64,000 nucleotides of DNA, taken from contig JAWMAR010000259.1 of assembly GCA_036785375.1 (NCBI GenBank), positions 1,860,001 through 1,924,000 on the forward strand. Direction: 5' to 3'. Below the pieces are notes generated by a model. The model made no database searches. It saw only the letters and a program-made list of their open reading frames with translations, and was not told where the DNA came from. Below are positions 24,359 through 37,030 of the stretch, piece by piece. This stretch comes from Leucoraja ocellata. Lineage: Eukaryota. Numbering within the stretch: position 1 is the stretch's first letter; each line of letters opens with the position of its first letter. The position numbers and the translations under genes are program-made.

Positions 24359-26480
24359 TCTATACTATTACTAAAACTCTTCGTCTTGTTTGTGGCTGTA
24401 TGTGTGTGTGTGTGTCAATTTCTATTTTCCAATTTTCTTCCAAACGCTAAGCCACATCCTTCCCATTTTCACACATTCTACTCACATTTTTCCCATAGAG
24501 GCGATAAACATCTTCCCGTTGCATTCTCACCTATATTTCCGGACTTTTTAAAAATCGTTTTAAGGTTTTTTTTTTTAAAAAGCCAGAAAACTCACCCATT
24601 TCTGGAAAAAAAACCTGAGTGACATCACAATCGACTCGCGAGACTGGACGGGACACTCCGGGAGGGAGGGAGGGGCACTCCAGCGCACTCGAGTGGCGGC
24701 TGCTGCCGGCGCCCGACGGGGAGGGTGGTGCTGGAGCTGGAGTGAGAGTCGAGCCAAGCCCGAGGCCGAAAAAGGAGCCACTGCTGGAACCAAGGACAAG
24801 CCTGGGTCCGGGATCGGTGACGAGCCCACTGGAGCCCAGGCTGAGGCTGAGCTGACGGCTGGAGTCTACAGCCAGGGCCGGGCCGAGTACGAACCAGGCC
24901 GAGTTCCAGGCCCTGGCGCTGCTCTACGACCTGGGTAGGTCTTGGGGCAGGGATTGGGAGTGAGGGGAGGAGGATGAGGGAAATGAGGAGGAGGGAGTGG
25001 GGCGGGGAGTGGGGTGGGGGGGTTGGAGGAGGGAGATGCCCCTCACACCCACCCTCTCTACCCCCCCTCCCTCTCTCTACCCGCTCCCAATCGACCCTCA
25101 CTCCCACCCTCTCTTACGTCTCTACCCCCTCCCTCTCCACCATCCCTCTACCCCCCTCCGTCCCTCTCTCTCTCTCTACCCCTCTCCACCCCCTCCTATT
25201 CCCTCTACCCTCACTCTCTACACCTCTCCCCTCTCTCTCCCTCTCTACCCCTGCTCCTCCCTCTCTACCCCCTCCCTCTCCCTCTCTATCTCCATCCTCC
25301 TCCCTCTCCCACTCTACACCCATCCCTCTACCCCCCGCCCTTTCTACCCCACTTCCTCTTTACCCTCCTCCCTCTCTACCCCACCTCCCTCTCTGGACAA
25401 TAGGTGCAGGAGCAGGCCATTCGGCCCTTTGAGCCAGCACCGCCATTCAATGTGATCATGGCTGATCATCCCCAATCAGTATCCCTTTCCTGCCTTCTTC
25501 CCATATCCCCTGACTGCCATCTTTAAGAGCCCTATCTAGCTCTCTCTTGAAAATATCCAGGAACCGGCCTCCACCGCCCTCTGAGGCAGAAAATTCCACA
25601 GACTCACAACTCTCTGTGGGAAAAAGTGTTTCCTTGTCTCCGTTCTAAATGGCTTACCTCTTATTCTGAAACTGTGGCCCCTGGTCTGGACTCCCCCAAC
25701 ATCGGGAACATGTTTCCTGCCTCTAGCTTGCCCAAACCCTTAACAATCTTATATGTTTCAATAAGATCCCCTCTCATCTTTCTAAACTCCAGTCTGTATA
25801 AGCCCAGCCGCTCCATTCTCTCAGTATATGACAGTCCCGCTATCCTGGGAATTAACCTTGTAAACCTACGCTGCACTCCCTCAATAGCAAGAATGTTCTT
25901 CCTCAAATTAGGGGACCAAAACTGCACACAATACTCTAGGTACTCGACTCCTCTTGTTATAAAGGCCAACATGCCATTCACTCCCTTCACTGCCTGCTGT
26001 ACCTGCATGCTTACTTTCATAGACTGATGAACAAGGATCCCCAGATCCTGTTGTACTTCCCCTTTTCCCAACATGACGCCATTTAGATAGTAACCTCCCT
26101 CCCTCTCAGCCCCCTCCCTCTCAACCCCCTCCCTCTCTACCCCCTCCCTCTCTACCCCCTCCGTCTCTACACCCCTCCCTCTCTACAACCGTTCATCTCT
26201 ACACCCCTCCTCTACCCCCCTCCCTCTCTACCACCATCCTCCTCCCCACCCTCTCTAACCTCCCCCCCCCCCTCCCCCCACCCTCCCTCTCTGTCCCCCT
26301 CCCTCTCTAGGGATTGAAGAGGGAGGGTGATGAGTAGGCTGAGGGAGTGCTGGGGGATGAGGAGAAATGAGCCGCGCCTGCGCAGTTGGGGGCTATGTGT
26401 TAGTGGTGCAATATTGCGTTGGGGGAACGTGTGAGTGGTGGAATCTTGCGTTGGAGGAGCAGTCCCAACAGCAGCTCTAG
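24359..26480 (+). mobile_element. Non-autonomous Helitron-like element with nested HER1 LINE
   Basis: A|TCTATACTATTACTAAAACTCT...GCTCTAG|T; no TSD; GC-rich and CT-rich low-complexity interior. Confidence 0.7.
25397..26092 (-). mobile_element. 5'-truncated HER1/CR1 LINE nested in the Helitron-like element
   Basis: EVQQDLGILVH...LEYCVQFWSP...RGDLIETYKIVKG. Confidence 0.9.
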
Positions 26481-26695
26481 TGAATAATAAATATTCCAAT
26501 CTCAAACATTGCTGTTGTGTTGTGAAGCTTAAAAAGAAAAAAATAAGGGGTACAATTATAAATTCAGACACTTTGTTTGCAAAACCAAACATTCCAAAAT
26601 TATCTGAAATGTAATTATAGGCATTTTGTTAATTTAAAATATTTCTGTTAAATATTTTAACAGAAGATTTTAAAGGATACAATAAGGAGTAGAAT

Positions 26696-26850
26696 TATGT
26701 GTAGGAAGGAACTTCAGATGCTGGTTTACACTGATGATAGATGCAAAATTCTGGAGTAACTCAGCAGGACAGGCAGCATCTCTGACCATTCTCTCTGTCT
26801 AGAGATGCTGCCTGCCCTGCTGAGTTACTCCAGCATTTAGTGTCTATCCA
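26696..26850. repeat. Palindromic Penelope-tail-derived repeat lacking the central hammerhead
   Basis: ctggagtaactcagcaggacaggcagcatctct / agagatgctgcctgccctgctgagttactccag inverted arms. Confidence 0.7.
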
Positions 26851-26869
26851 AGGCGTAGACACTTTTTTG

Positions 26870-27477
26870 TTCATGAAAACTTCTGCGGACAGTGGTCATT
26901 GACAAATCAAAACCTGACTCCTGAAGAGTGTTTCTGATCTGCCGGTTTGTTTGTGGATTTTTCTTTATTATAGAGAGATTTCTTCTGTCATCAGCCGTGG
27001 AGGTCTTCTATGGCCTGCCAGTCCGTTTGCGATTAGTAAGCTCACAAGTGCATTCTTTCTTCTTAATGATGTTCCAAACTGTTGATTTTGGTAAGCCTAA
27101 GGTTCGGCTGATGTCTCTTAACAGTTTTATTCTTGTTTCTCAGTCTGATAATGGCTTCTTTAACTTTCATTTCACAACTTTAGTCCTCATGTTAATTAAC
27201 AGCATTTAGGAGGGAATTAAACACACCTGAGGAATTACAAATACCTGTGAAGCCATGTGTCCCAAACATGGTGCCCTGAAATGGGGGGACTATGTGTAAA
27301 CACAGCTGTAATTTCTACATGGGTAAACCAAAATGTATAAAAATGGCCTTTAATAAAATCTGACAATGTGCACTTTAACCACATGCGATTTTTTTCTATT
27401 ACAAATCTCAAATTATGGAGTACAGAGGCAAATAAATAAATTAAGGGTCTTTGTTCCAAATATTATGGAGGGCACTG
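26870..27477 (-). mobile_element. Tc1-like transposon left portion (TIR plus N-terminal transposase remnant)
   Basis: End ATTATGGAGGGCACTG|TA, i.e. CAGTGCCCTCCATAAT TIR with TA target; minus-strand HTH-like remnant (LGLPKSTVWNIIKKKE...GRP). Confidence 0.75.
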
Positions 27478-29204
27478 TATGTCATTCACCGGGATGTTGT
27501 CCGGATTGTAGTGTATTAGCTGCGAGGAGAGTTGGACAAACGTGGATTGTTTTCTCTTAAGTTCCATAGGCGGAGTGGCAATTTGATTGAGGTTTTTGAC
27601 TGTCAGAGATATTGCGATTTATCGTCTACATTAAACATCAAAATTGCATTTTGATGCTGATCGAATTTATACATGCTTAGCCGTATGAGATTGTTAAGCA
27701 AAGGAATGGATAACTTGAAATATACTTGAATTATGATTAAATACTTAAAAACAGGAAATCAATCTTTTCGATTTAGAGAAGACGCACAAGGCTCTGGGAC
27801 TAATCATATTATACCTCTCAATATTCTTCAACATAGAAGGTAATTTGGTTCATCGTCTCCACCATATTCCTAATAGTTCCACTTAATTCTCTGTACATGA
27901 TTCTCTTGCATGCATGACATTTTTATCTTCATTTTCCAGACATCTGATCATACCAAGATAATTTATAGTATCCAATTAACCTTCCAATTATGTAGCAGTG
28001 TAAAAATCAGTCTTTATTTTGTGCAATATGGAGAAAGATACACCTAAAATTTGACTTCTTTATGAAAGAAGATTGAAACATTGATACTTGCGTGGCAAAG
28101 CATTTATTAGACCCAAATATTTAAACAAAGCTAAAGCCTTGTGAGAATTTTGTGTAAGAGACTAACAAATCTTGAAATCTAAAGAGGTAAGATTGTCTAT
28201 ACCTGAAACAATTGTGAAGTGGTAGCAATTAGCTGAAGCCTTTAAATAAATAGATAATTAATGATTTTAGGAACTCCACAATGCTGATTCTCAGTAAAAC
28301 TGATTTAAAGCAGGGTATTCCACACAGGAAATGGCAGCTGTGCTGGTACAATTGCAGCCATAGCTTTGCTTTCTTCACTTCAGTAAGCACCTTTAGAAAT
28401 AATTCACCAGTAAACGTGGCCAGTGTGAGGACGCATTTAAAATTAGTAGTTATTGCCCAGGGAGGTAGGGTATTTGCAGCAAGAAATGCAAACATTCCAA
28501 TTCAGCAGCATCTATGTTCTTGAAACCTCACATCCTGCCTTGATGTAATTAACCTACAAAATGCTAATTATCCTAATCGAGCATTGACAATTTCACTGAC
28601 ATCTTACTTCCTCTGGCAGCTATAAAGACTTCTAAACTAAAATAGTGGCTAATAGACTTTCAGTGCATTATTTACATTACTGTTTTGCAGTGAACAGCAT
28701 TAAGCAGAAAACAAGATGAACAGGGCACTTAAATCTACAACCAATTACTTTGTGGTACTAGGCTTAGTGGCTCCAGTATTCTGTCGGCTTTTAGCGTTCC
28801 TATTGATACACTAATGGTTGATACCAGAATTAGTTAAACCTTGAACAAGTTGTAGTTTGTAAATAGGATGATGCTTTTAAATCCCAGGCACTATTTACAG
28901 ACTTTTTAAATAGCTATTCAATATGTTAAAACAGATAATTAAGTACGTTCATATTCTGGTTATGTACTTTCACTAGAATCTTAAACAGATGGCCAGTTTT
29001 ACTATGCATTCTGACACATGCATGTGAAGATTCAAGCAATGCTGATAACTGCAGTGTCCAATTAAGCTCAAATTAAGAGTCTAATGTATTTTGATGAGAT
29101 CGTTGTTCAGCTAACTTTTTGGATCAGTGACGTTACTGGCGGCATTAGTAATTTTAAATGCATGTAATACAGGAATGGATATTTCATACCTGTTGTGTGG
29201 CTCA

Positions 29205-30652
29205 TGGACCTGTCCCACTTACGCAAATTTTCAGGCGACTGCCAGCGACTGTCAAGTTGCCGGCAGTCGCCTGAAAAACTGGCAACTGGAACGGCGACTG
29301 TCAGAGTGGAACAGACGCACACATCGCTTCTTTCACCAGCCCGTTATGCAGGCGGGGGACAAGGCAATCAGGGGGAGCGCTGTCTGAGTGAAATTCACAC
29401 GGTGCAAAGCCAAGGTGATACAGACACACACCGTGATGAACAGGAGGGTTGGCGCTGTAGTTAAGAAGGCTAAAGCGCAGTGTAGGTAAATCTTTTAAAA
29501 GAGGGGGGAGAAGAAGTGTCGACAACTTTTAAGAAGCCAGAGATACATGGCTGTGAAGCTCGGTGGACATTTAACATTACTGGTCGGTTATCCTTGGTTC
29601 TGAAAAGGACTGCTTATATTTTATCTCTAATGAGCCAATGAAATTGACCGGGTAGCACCGGCTACAACCTACGAGACAACTTTCTGTAAATAGCTTGTTC
29701 TAATCTTCCCCCAGTGAAAATCCACTGAATCAAGCACTTGTGCAACTAATCTTTATTTTGACATAACACAATTACAATTCAATCACTATACCTAACCACC
29801 TTATCTGCCTGATCAAGTCTTCTAGGCCTCACTCAAACAGAGACACTCCAGAAGGTCACGCAGTCCCAAGCGCTCTCCCAGAAGATCGACGCAGGACCTC
29901 GTGGGAGCGGTCTTTTATAGTTCCCCGAACCTTGAGGGGCCAATGCACAATCTCTTTGCAATCCTATTACAGATATTGATTAACCCCATACATGACAGAC
30001 ATTTCCCTAACCCAATAATACAGTGGCTAATACATTGTATTCAAACAGTGTTTCTCAAGGAAGTGAACCTTGGAACATTCACCCTGATCTGCAAGAAAAC
30101 CAGACAAGGCCCAATACCTCATCCAATCAGCATTCAGTGTGGTAAAGCTTTGCAACATTATTTACAACTATTTACAAGGTGTATGTCTGGTTTGCATTCA
30201 TCCAATCCATTCTATGCATTTTGCACCAAATTGACAGGGTTTGCAGGTGTTCCCATGCTCTTCCTGCAGCTCAGATCTAGGCTCTAGACAAACTGGCGCC
30301 ACTCTGCAGCATGTCCCAGCTCCACAGGGAGCACTTTCAAATTGACCAAATATCCCAGCAGCCCTGAAGCCTTTACCCAATTTTATTGTAGCTTCTCGTA
30401 GTCTCTCCAATCTGGCCAGGATTAACACTTCGACCTCCTGGCAACCCACTAGGACCACCTGGCGACCCACCTGCGGCACATGAATTCTTGCTACTCACCA
30501 TGGCGACTATAATGAGGCCGCGATTAGTTCCCAGAATGCGGGAACTCCTCACGGCCATGAAGGCGATTTCCCGGCAACCACCCGCATAAACATGTGGCGA
30601 CTGCGTAGTCTCCTGCAGTCACCTAAAAAGTCGCCTAAATGGGACAGGCCCA
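29205..30652. mobile_element. PIF/Harbinger-like non-autonomous element interrupted by a solo LTR
   Basis: TIRs TGGACCTGTCCCACTTA / TAAATGGGACAGGCCCA; internal GGCGACT/AGTCGCC repeats. Confidence 0.7.
29685..30427 (-). mobile_element. Solo LTR (ERV- or Gypsy-type), antisense to UBE3C
   Basis: TGTAAAT...ATTAACA termini; near-TSD tttc/cttc; minus-strand TATAAAA (29913-29919) and AATAAA (~29753-29758). Confidence 0.7.
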
Positions 30653-31599
30653 CTTTATGTTGTCCTCGAATGACACAGAATACTATTTCATATTTTGTTT
30701 TCAGTGAGTGTTGTTTTCTGTGTAATCATATCATGCTTGTACTTCTCGAGGGATTTCCATATAACTTGCACTTGAGAACTAAGGGAGTCTTCAACCTACA
30801 GTAACCACACATCAGAATCAAGATCTCACAAACTTCAGTAGTAAACTGCAATAAGCAGACTGCAGTTGTGTTTGGTTGTGCTTGGCAACCTGACACGTAA
30901 CATCCCTTGATATCCACCGATGCTCTCCACTAATCTTCCCCTGCCGTACTATACAGCCTCCAACAATAAAGATTTGGTGACACTGGAAAATGTGGACCGT
31001 TTGTTTCTTTGAAGCCACCACTTGGCGAACTAAAGGTATTGATGACATAAATTGGTATTTGTATCGATATACCTTTGGTCGCTTGAAAGAGGAGGTAATT
31101 GAAGATAAAGAAGACAGCCCGTCATAATGCCTGACGCCGGTGATCCTAGCCCTTCTGTTTGCATCTGCGACCTGCACTATGTGTAGAAGTCCTCTCAAGA
31201 TACTGGTAAAAATACCACTAATGATATCTTCAAATTTGTTATCATCTTCCCAAGCTAACCTCCCTACTGCTGAAGATTCTAGTTACTTCTGCGCCATTGG
31301 GTATGCCTTATTCGTGTTGGAATCACCGTACACTATTCCTAGTTCTGTCATAGGAAGGAATTACTGGATTGGTAAAGGAATAGATTTAAGGATGTGCTGA
31401 AAACCACCTTGTGAATCCGCTCGTTAGCCGCTTAATGATTTGGGAGTTGTTGGCTCAAGATTGCTCAAAGTGGGAAAGGAGCTCTTGGGTTGGCATTGCA
31501 AACTTTGAGAGCACAACCTCTGTGTAGACAGTAGATGGGATGTATCATCATTCATGCTTTTAGCTTGCTCTGTCACTCACAACCTGCCCCATCTGCATT

Positions 31600-32240
31600 T
31601 CCCACATTGGCCACATTTATTGTCTCAGAATCCACAGAGCTGGAGTGGAAGGAATGGTGCTGAAGTCTGAGCAATAACTTGTATTTTTATAGTCAAAGAT
31701 TTGAATGTAGTCCTTTGTCGACCTGTTTTTCCTGTATGCAAATTGCTAGGTGTCTAGATTGTCCGGAAGGCTGGCGTAGATTTGGGTCCATAGTGATCTT
31801 TCAGAGCATTTCATTATGGTCGATGAACGCATACTTGACTTCTACCGCTGATATATATGACTCAGTGCCAGTGGATGATGTGGGATTTGGCCAGGTGGAA
31901 CCTTGTGTCCTTCTTCAAAATTAGATAGAGGCATTGAGCTCATCAGGTAGAGATGTGTTGTTTCCAGAGATTGCACTTGATTTTGTGTTTTAGCCCGTGA
32001 ATGTATTCTGGCCCTGCCACATTTGCTTGGCATCTGCTTGATTGAACTGAGCCTCCAGCTTGTTTTGAAATTCTCTCGTGACACTGGTGATAGCCTGGTG
32101 GAGGTTGTACTTGGCTATCTTCAGTGCAGGATCATCTTGAATATCACGGAACCTGGCTTTTGCAGGGAGTGAATCTTCCTGTTCATCAAGATTTCTTGTA
32201 GGGATAAATAAAAGTTGACTGGCAGAATGCAGTTGCCAAT
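31600..32240 (-). mobile_element. Old Rex1/L2-like LINE fragment
   Basis: Minus-strand KYNLHQAI...FQNKLEAQF...KQMWQG linker-type motif and an A.GPD-like motif. Confidence 0.55.
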
Positions 32241-33529
32241 GCATTTTTTAATTAAACCAATGACAACTGAGGTACATTAATTCAGGTCTTGACCATGTTT
32301 CTGTCCGCTTGCCACTTTCGGGGAAGTATGTACCTGCACCACTATCTCTGTTCCACAACATTCCCAAGGCCCTACAATATACTGTGCAAGTCCTGCCCTG
32401 GTCTTTTACCAAATGCATCATTTACCAAACTATATCTTTCATTCCTTGGCCCATTGGCACAGTTGTTCCAGATCCCGTTAAAACCTTATATAACCATCTA
32501 CACTGTCCACTGGGACATCAAGGTTTGTTTCATCTGCACGTATTAACTAAGCTAACTATATCTACGTCTGAATCATTATTATACGTAGCGGACAGCACTG
32601 ACTCAGTACCCTTCACTGTGACACACCATTCGTTATAGTCCACCAGTCTGAAAAAGATAAACCTCTGCCACAACCCTCTTCTAATTTCAAGTCAATTCTA
32701 TATTCATTTGGCTGATTTGTCTGGATCCTGTGATTTAACTTTCCAGTATGTACTGTGTGTGGTATTTGGTTGGCAGTGAATTGTGTCATATGAAAAGAGC
32801 TGAAATGTTGAAAAACGTTTAATTAGTGTTGCACACTGCTTGCACTTATGTAGACTGCACTTTTGTCATCTTTCTATTATATTACTCGGTATATTTGCAT
32901 CTGTTTATTGGATCATCGTTCAAAGTGTAGTGATCAGATGTTACCACTTATTTTCAGTATAACGAAGCATATTGAAGCATATTGTACTTGATTTACTCAA
33001 AATATTTGAACAGGGCTGTGGTAGTTAATGTCTAATCACCCTGTCCGCAGGTGACAGCTTTTGTTTGCATTTTCACGTGGATCTAGTGTCTCAAAGGTAA
33101 ATGAGGCCAGTATTTATTGGCTAATTCTACCTCCGCTGTAGTTTGCTCTTTTCCTGTGAGTGTTAAGAATCAGAATTATTAAATTTGATTGTGTTTGATT
33201 AAGAAAATGTGACAGTATTTGATTAAGAAAATCAATGTTAACGTTTTTTAAACATAAAGTAAAGAGCCATAAAGAAAACCTAATTCAGTGTTAATGTTTT
33301 GATTCTGTGTGGCAGGTGTGCATTCCTTTTTTATATATCTGTAGGGTCTACTAATGACCTTGCCCAAAAGACCATTTTTCGCAAAGCCTGGAATTGAATA
33401 TGTACGTGCTCTGCCATGAATGGGAAGCCGCAATACAATTGATTGAAAACTTGGTTTCACTCATTTTTCATACAATTACATTTTAAGCTGGTGTTTTGCA
33501 GCCCATTGATAATTAATCATTGACAAAGT

Positions 33530-34125
33530 CCAGTGAGGTACAGCAGGAACGGCCTTTAGGTCCGCAATGTCTGTGCCCACAATGATATCAAATTAAACAA
33601 ATTTCTTCTACATGGATGTCAAATCTCTCCCCCCCCGTCCACCCCCTCCTTCCCTGCACATTCATGCACCTCGCAAAAACCCTCTTAAATGCCACTATCG
33701 AATCTGCTTCCATCACCACCACGATAGTTATGTTCTAAGCACCCACCCCTGTTTAAAACTTCCCCTGTACATTTCTATTAAACCATCCCCCTCTCACTTA
33801 TACCCTTCAATGTTTGATATTTCCACCGTTGGAGAAAGATTTTTATCATGACTCTCCACAGCCTCCAATGCTGCAGCGAAATCAATCTAATGTTGTCCAA
33901 CTTTTCTTTTTAGCTATTACCGTCTAATCCCACGCATTCTGGTAAACCTCTACTGCACCCTCTCCAAAGCATCTACACCCTTCCTGCAATTGAACAATTG
34001 CACACAATACTTGGTCAATAAATGTGGTCTGCCCAAGTTTTATAAAGCTGCAACATGACCTCCACTCTTTTATGTTCAATGCCCTGACCAATAAAGGCAA
34101 GCAAACCATAGTCCTTCTTTTCCTT
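33530..34125 (-). mobile_element. Old CR1 LINE 3' fragment
   Basis: Degenerate matches to HER1-like C-terminal sequence (ctctactgcaccctctccaaagc; cacaatact). Confidence 0.65.
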
Positions 34126-35149
34126 CTATCTAATTATGCTGCTATTTTTTGGGGTGTTCCCAAAATCTGTTAATCAGAGCTGCCATTAATCCCCAAATTG
34201 GTTAATGTTCGGAAAAATCAAGAATGGAATCATTCTGATTTTCTGTTTTTTAAGCTCAGAAGGGAGGCCAGAACACAAAGTGATAATTTCCTTTCTCTGT
34301 GGGTGATCACTGACCCACTTGATTGCACCATTTTCTGATTTGTGATTTGATCCATTTGTTTCTACGTTTTTGTATATACAGATACATAATGTTCAGTACT
34401 TTTTTCCTCTTACGCAATTAATAATTGTGATACAGTGTACATTATTTTCTAACATCTAGTTTCCAGCTGTAATCTAAGTTAAAATATGTTTGAAAGTTTA
34501 CTGACCCACCCTCAGCATAAACTCTTTTGACTAACCAACTTCCATTCCATCTTGATTGACTCTAATTGAGCATTTATTCACTGCGCTCCCCTTCACTGCT
34601 GGTCTCCATGAAGGCTTAGAGGATTTTGTTTTTATTAAAAGTGTTCCAGAGAACCCCTACATAATGGCCTATCCTGTAACAAAAATTTGCCCTATGGGAT
34701 TCAAAAATCGGCACCCAAACATTTGAGTTACACAAAGTTCCTGCTCATTGAATTTATGATTTGGGATGGGGGGGGGGGAACTACATTTTTGAACAAACTT
34801 GCACTTCAATGCACATGCAAATGGTATGGCTTCCTATTATGGAAAGTTGCAATGTGGACTATTGCAACATGGACTATTTTCTAGCAACACACCTTCCCGC
34901 CGTGGCCACCTATTTATGCTTGCCTTTTTCCCAGACAATTGAATTAATATTATCATGAATGTCAGCTTGCTTAATTTGGGCACACTGCTTCTTGAACTTA
35001 TCATTTCCAGTAACCCTTCAGATGTTTGTGTGGCTTCTTAATATATTGTGTAATTCTGCCTTGAAGATTTAAATATTGCTCTAAAGTACTTGTACATTGT
35101 GTTCTGCGGAATGGTAACCTGTTTGTAATATAGAAGTTCTTCACAGTCT

Positions 35150-37030
35150 TCGTTGACTGATAAGGTTTCGTATGGCAGGCTGCTCTGAAAGGTTAGAGTG
35201 CATGGGATCCAGGGAGAGCTGAATCTCTCCTGGAACTGGATACAGAATTGGTTTAATGGTGAAAAGCAGAAACTGGTGGTGGAAGGTTGTTTTTCTGACA
35301 TGAGGCCAATGACCAGTGGTGTGAATTGAGGATCGGTGCTGGGCCCATTGCTATGTGTAATCTCTGTCAACGATTTGGATGAGAATGTACATGGCATAAT
35401 GAAGTTTGTAGATGACACAAAAATAGGTGGTAACGTAAATAGTGGTTATCAAGAATTACAGCAAGATTCTGCTCAGCTGGATAAGTGAGCCAAGGAATGG
35501 CAAATGGACTTTAATTCAGTTAAGTGAGCGGTTGCAATTTGGGAGGGTAAAATAGGGCAGGGCATTCACTGTGAACGGGTTGTGAAGGTATTTGGAATGC
35601 TAGCAAAAGTAGGATTTGTGTATAGAAGTTGGGACAGAAAAGACACACAGTGCTGGAGTAACTTAGTGGCTCAGGCAGCATCTCTGGAGAGCATTGATAG
35701 GTGGTATTTCGTGAGGGGAATAGGTATGGTGAATGCACAGTCTTTGGATAAGGGAATCAAGAGGCCGTGGATTTAAGGCGAGGGAAAAGAGATTTAATAG
35801 GAACCTAACGGGTCACTTGGTCACTTGGCAAAGAGTAGGAGTAAACGGGTCCTTTTCACAATGGCGGGCAGTGACTAGTGGGGTACCGCAAGGCTCAGTG
35901 CTGGGACCCCAGCTATTTATAATATATATTAATTATCTGGATGAGGGAATTGAAGACAATATCTCCAAGTTTGCGGATGACACTAAGTTGGGGGGCAGTG
36001 TTAGCTGTGAGAAGGATGCTAGGAGACTGCAAGGTGACTTGGATAGGCTGGGTGAGTGGGCAAATGTTTGGCAGATGCAGTATAATGTGGATAAATGTGA
36101 GGTTATCCATTTTGGTGGCAAAAACAGGAAAGCAGACTATTATCTAAATTGGTGACCGATTAGGAAAAGGGGAGATGCAGCGAGACCTGGGTGTCATGGT
36201 ACACCAGTCATTGAAAGTAGGCATGCAGGTGCAGCAGGCAGAGAAGAAAGCGAATGGTATGTTAGCTTTCATAGCAAAAGGATTTGAGTATAGGAGCAGG
36301 GAGGTTCTACTGCAGTTGTACAGGGTCTTGGTGAGACCACACCTGGAGTATTGCGTACAATTTTGGTCTCCAAATCTGAGGAGGGACATTATTGCCATAG
36401 AGGGAGTGCAGAGAAGGTTCACCAGACTGATTCCTGGGATGTCAGGACTGTCTTATGAAGAAAGACTGGATAGACTTGGTTTATACTCTCTAGAATTTAG
36501 GAGATTGAGAGGGGATCTTATAGAAACTTACTAAATTCTTAAGGGGTTGGACAGGCTAGATGCAGGAAGAGTGTTCCCGATGTTGGGGAAGTCCAGGACA
36601 AGGGGTCACAGATTAAGGATAAGGGGGAAATCCTTTAAAACCGAGATGAGAAAAACTTTTTTCACACAGAGAGTGGTGAATCTCTGGAACTCTCTGCCAC
36701 AGAGGGTAGTTGAGGCCAGTTCATTGGCTATATTTAAGAGGGAGTTAGATGTGGCCCTTGTGGCTAAGGGGATCAGAGGGTATGGAGAGAAGGCAGGTAC
36801 GGGATACCGAGTTGGATGATCAGCCATGCAGGCCGAATGGCCTACTCCTGCACCTAATTTCTATGTTTCTATGTCTATGTCACACAGAGGGTGATAAGTA
36901 AATGGAACGAGCTGCCAAAGGAAGTTGTTAGAACAGATATAATAACATTTAAAGGACATTCGGGCAGGAAAGAAAGATTTAGAGGGATATGAGTTGGGCC
37001 ATGGGGCCTTTTACTGTGCTGTATAATTCT
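35150..37030 (+). mobile_element. Older CR1 fragments with a young HER1 copy (~35827-36879) inserted
   Basis: VTSGVPQGSVLGPQLF...ISKFADDTKL; RPHLEYCVQFWSP; in-frame stops at ~36153 and ~36532; (ctatgttt)n tail. Confidence 0.92.

Noticed and set aside
24575-25455. Multiple overlapping 80-160 aa ORFs
   Set aside because: GC-rich and CT-rich repeat interior lacking stops by composition; no domain or splice support.
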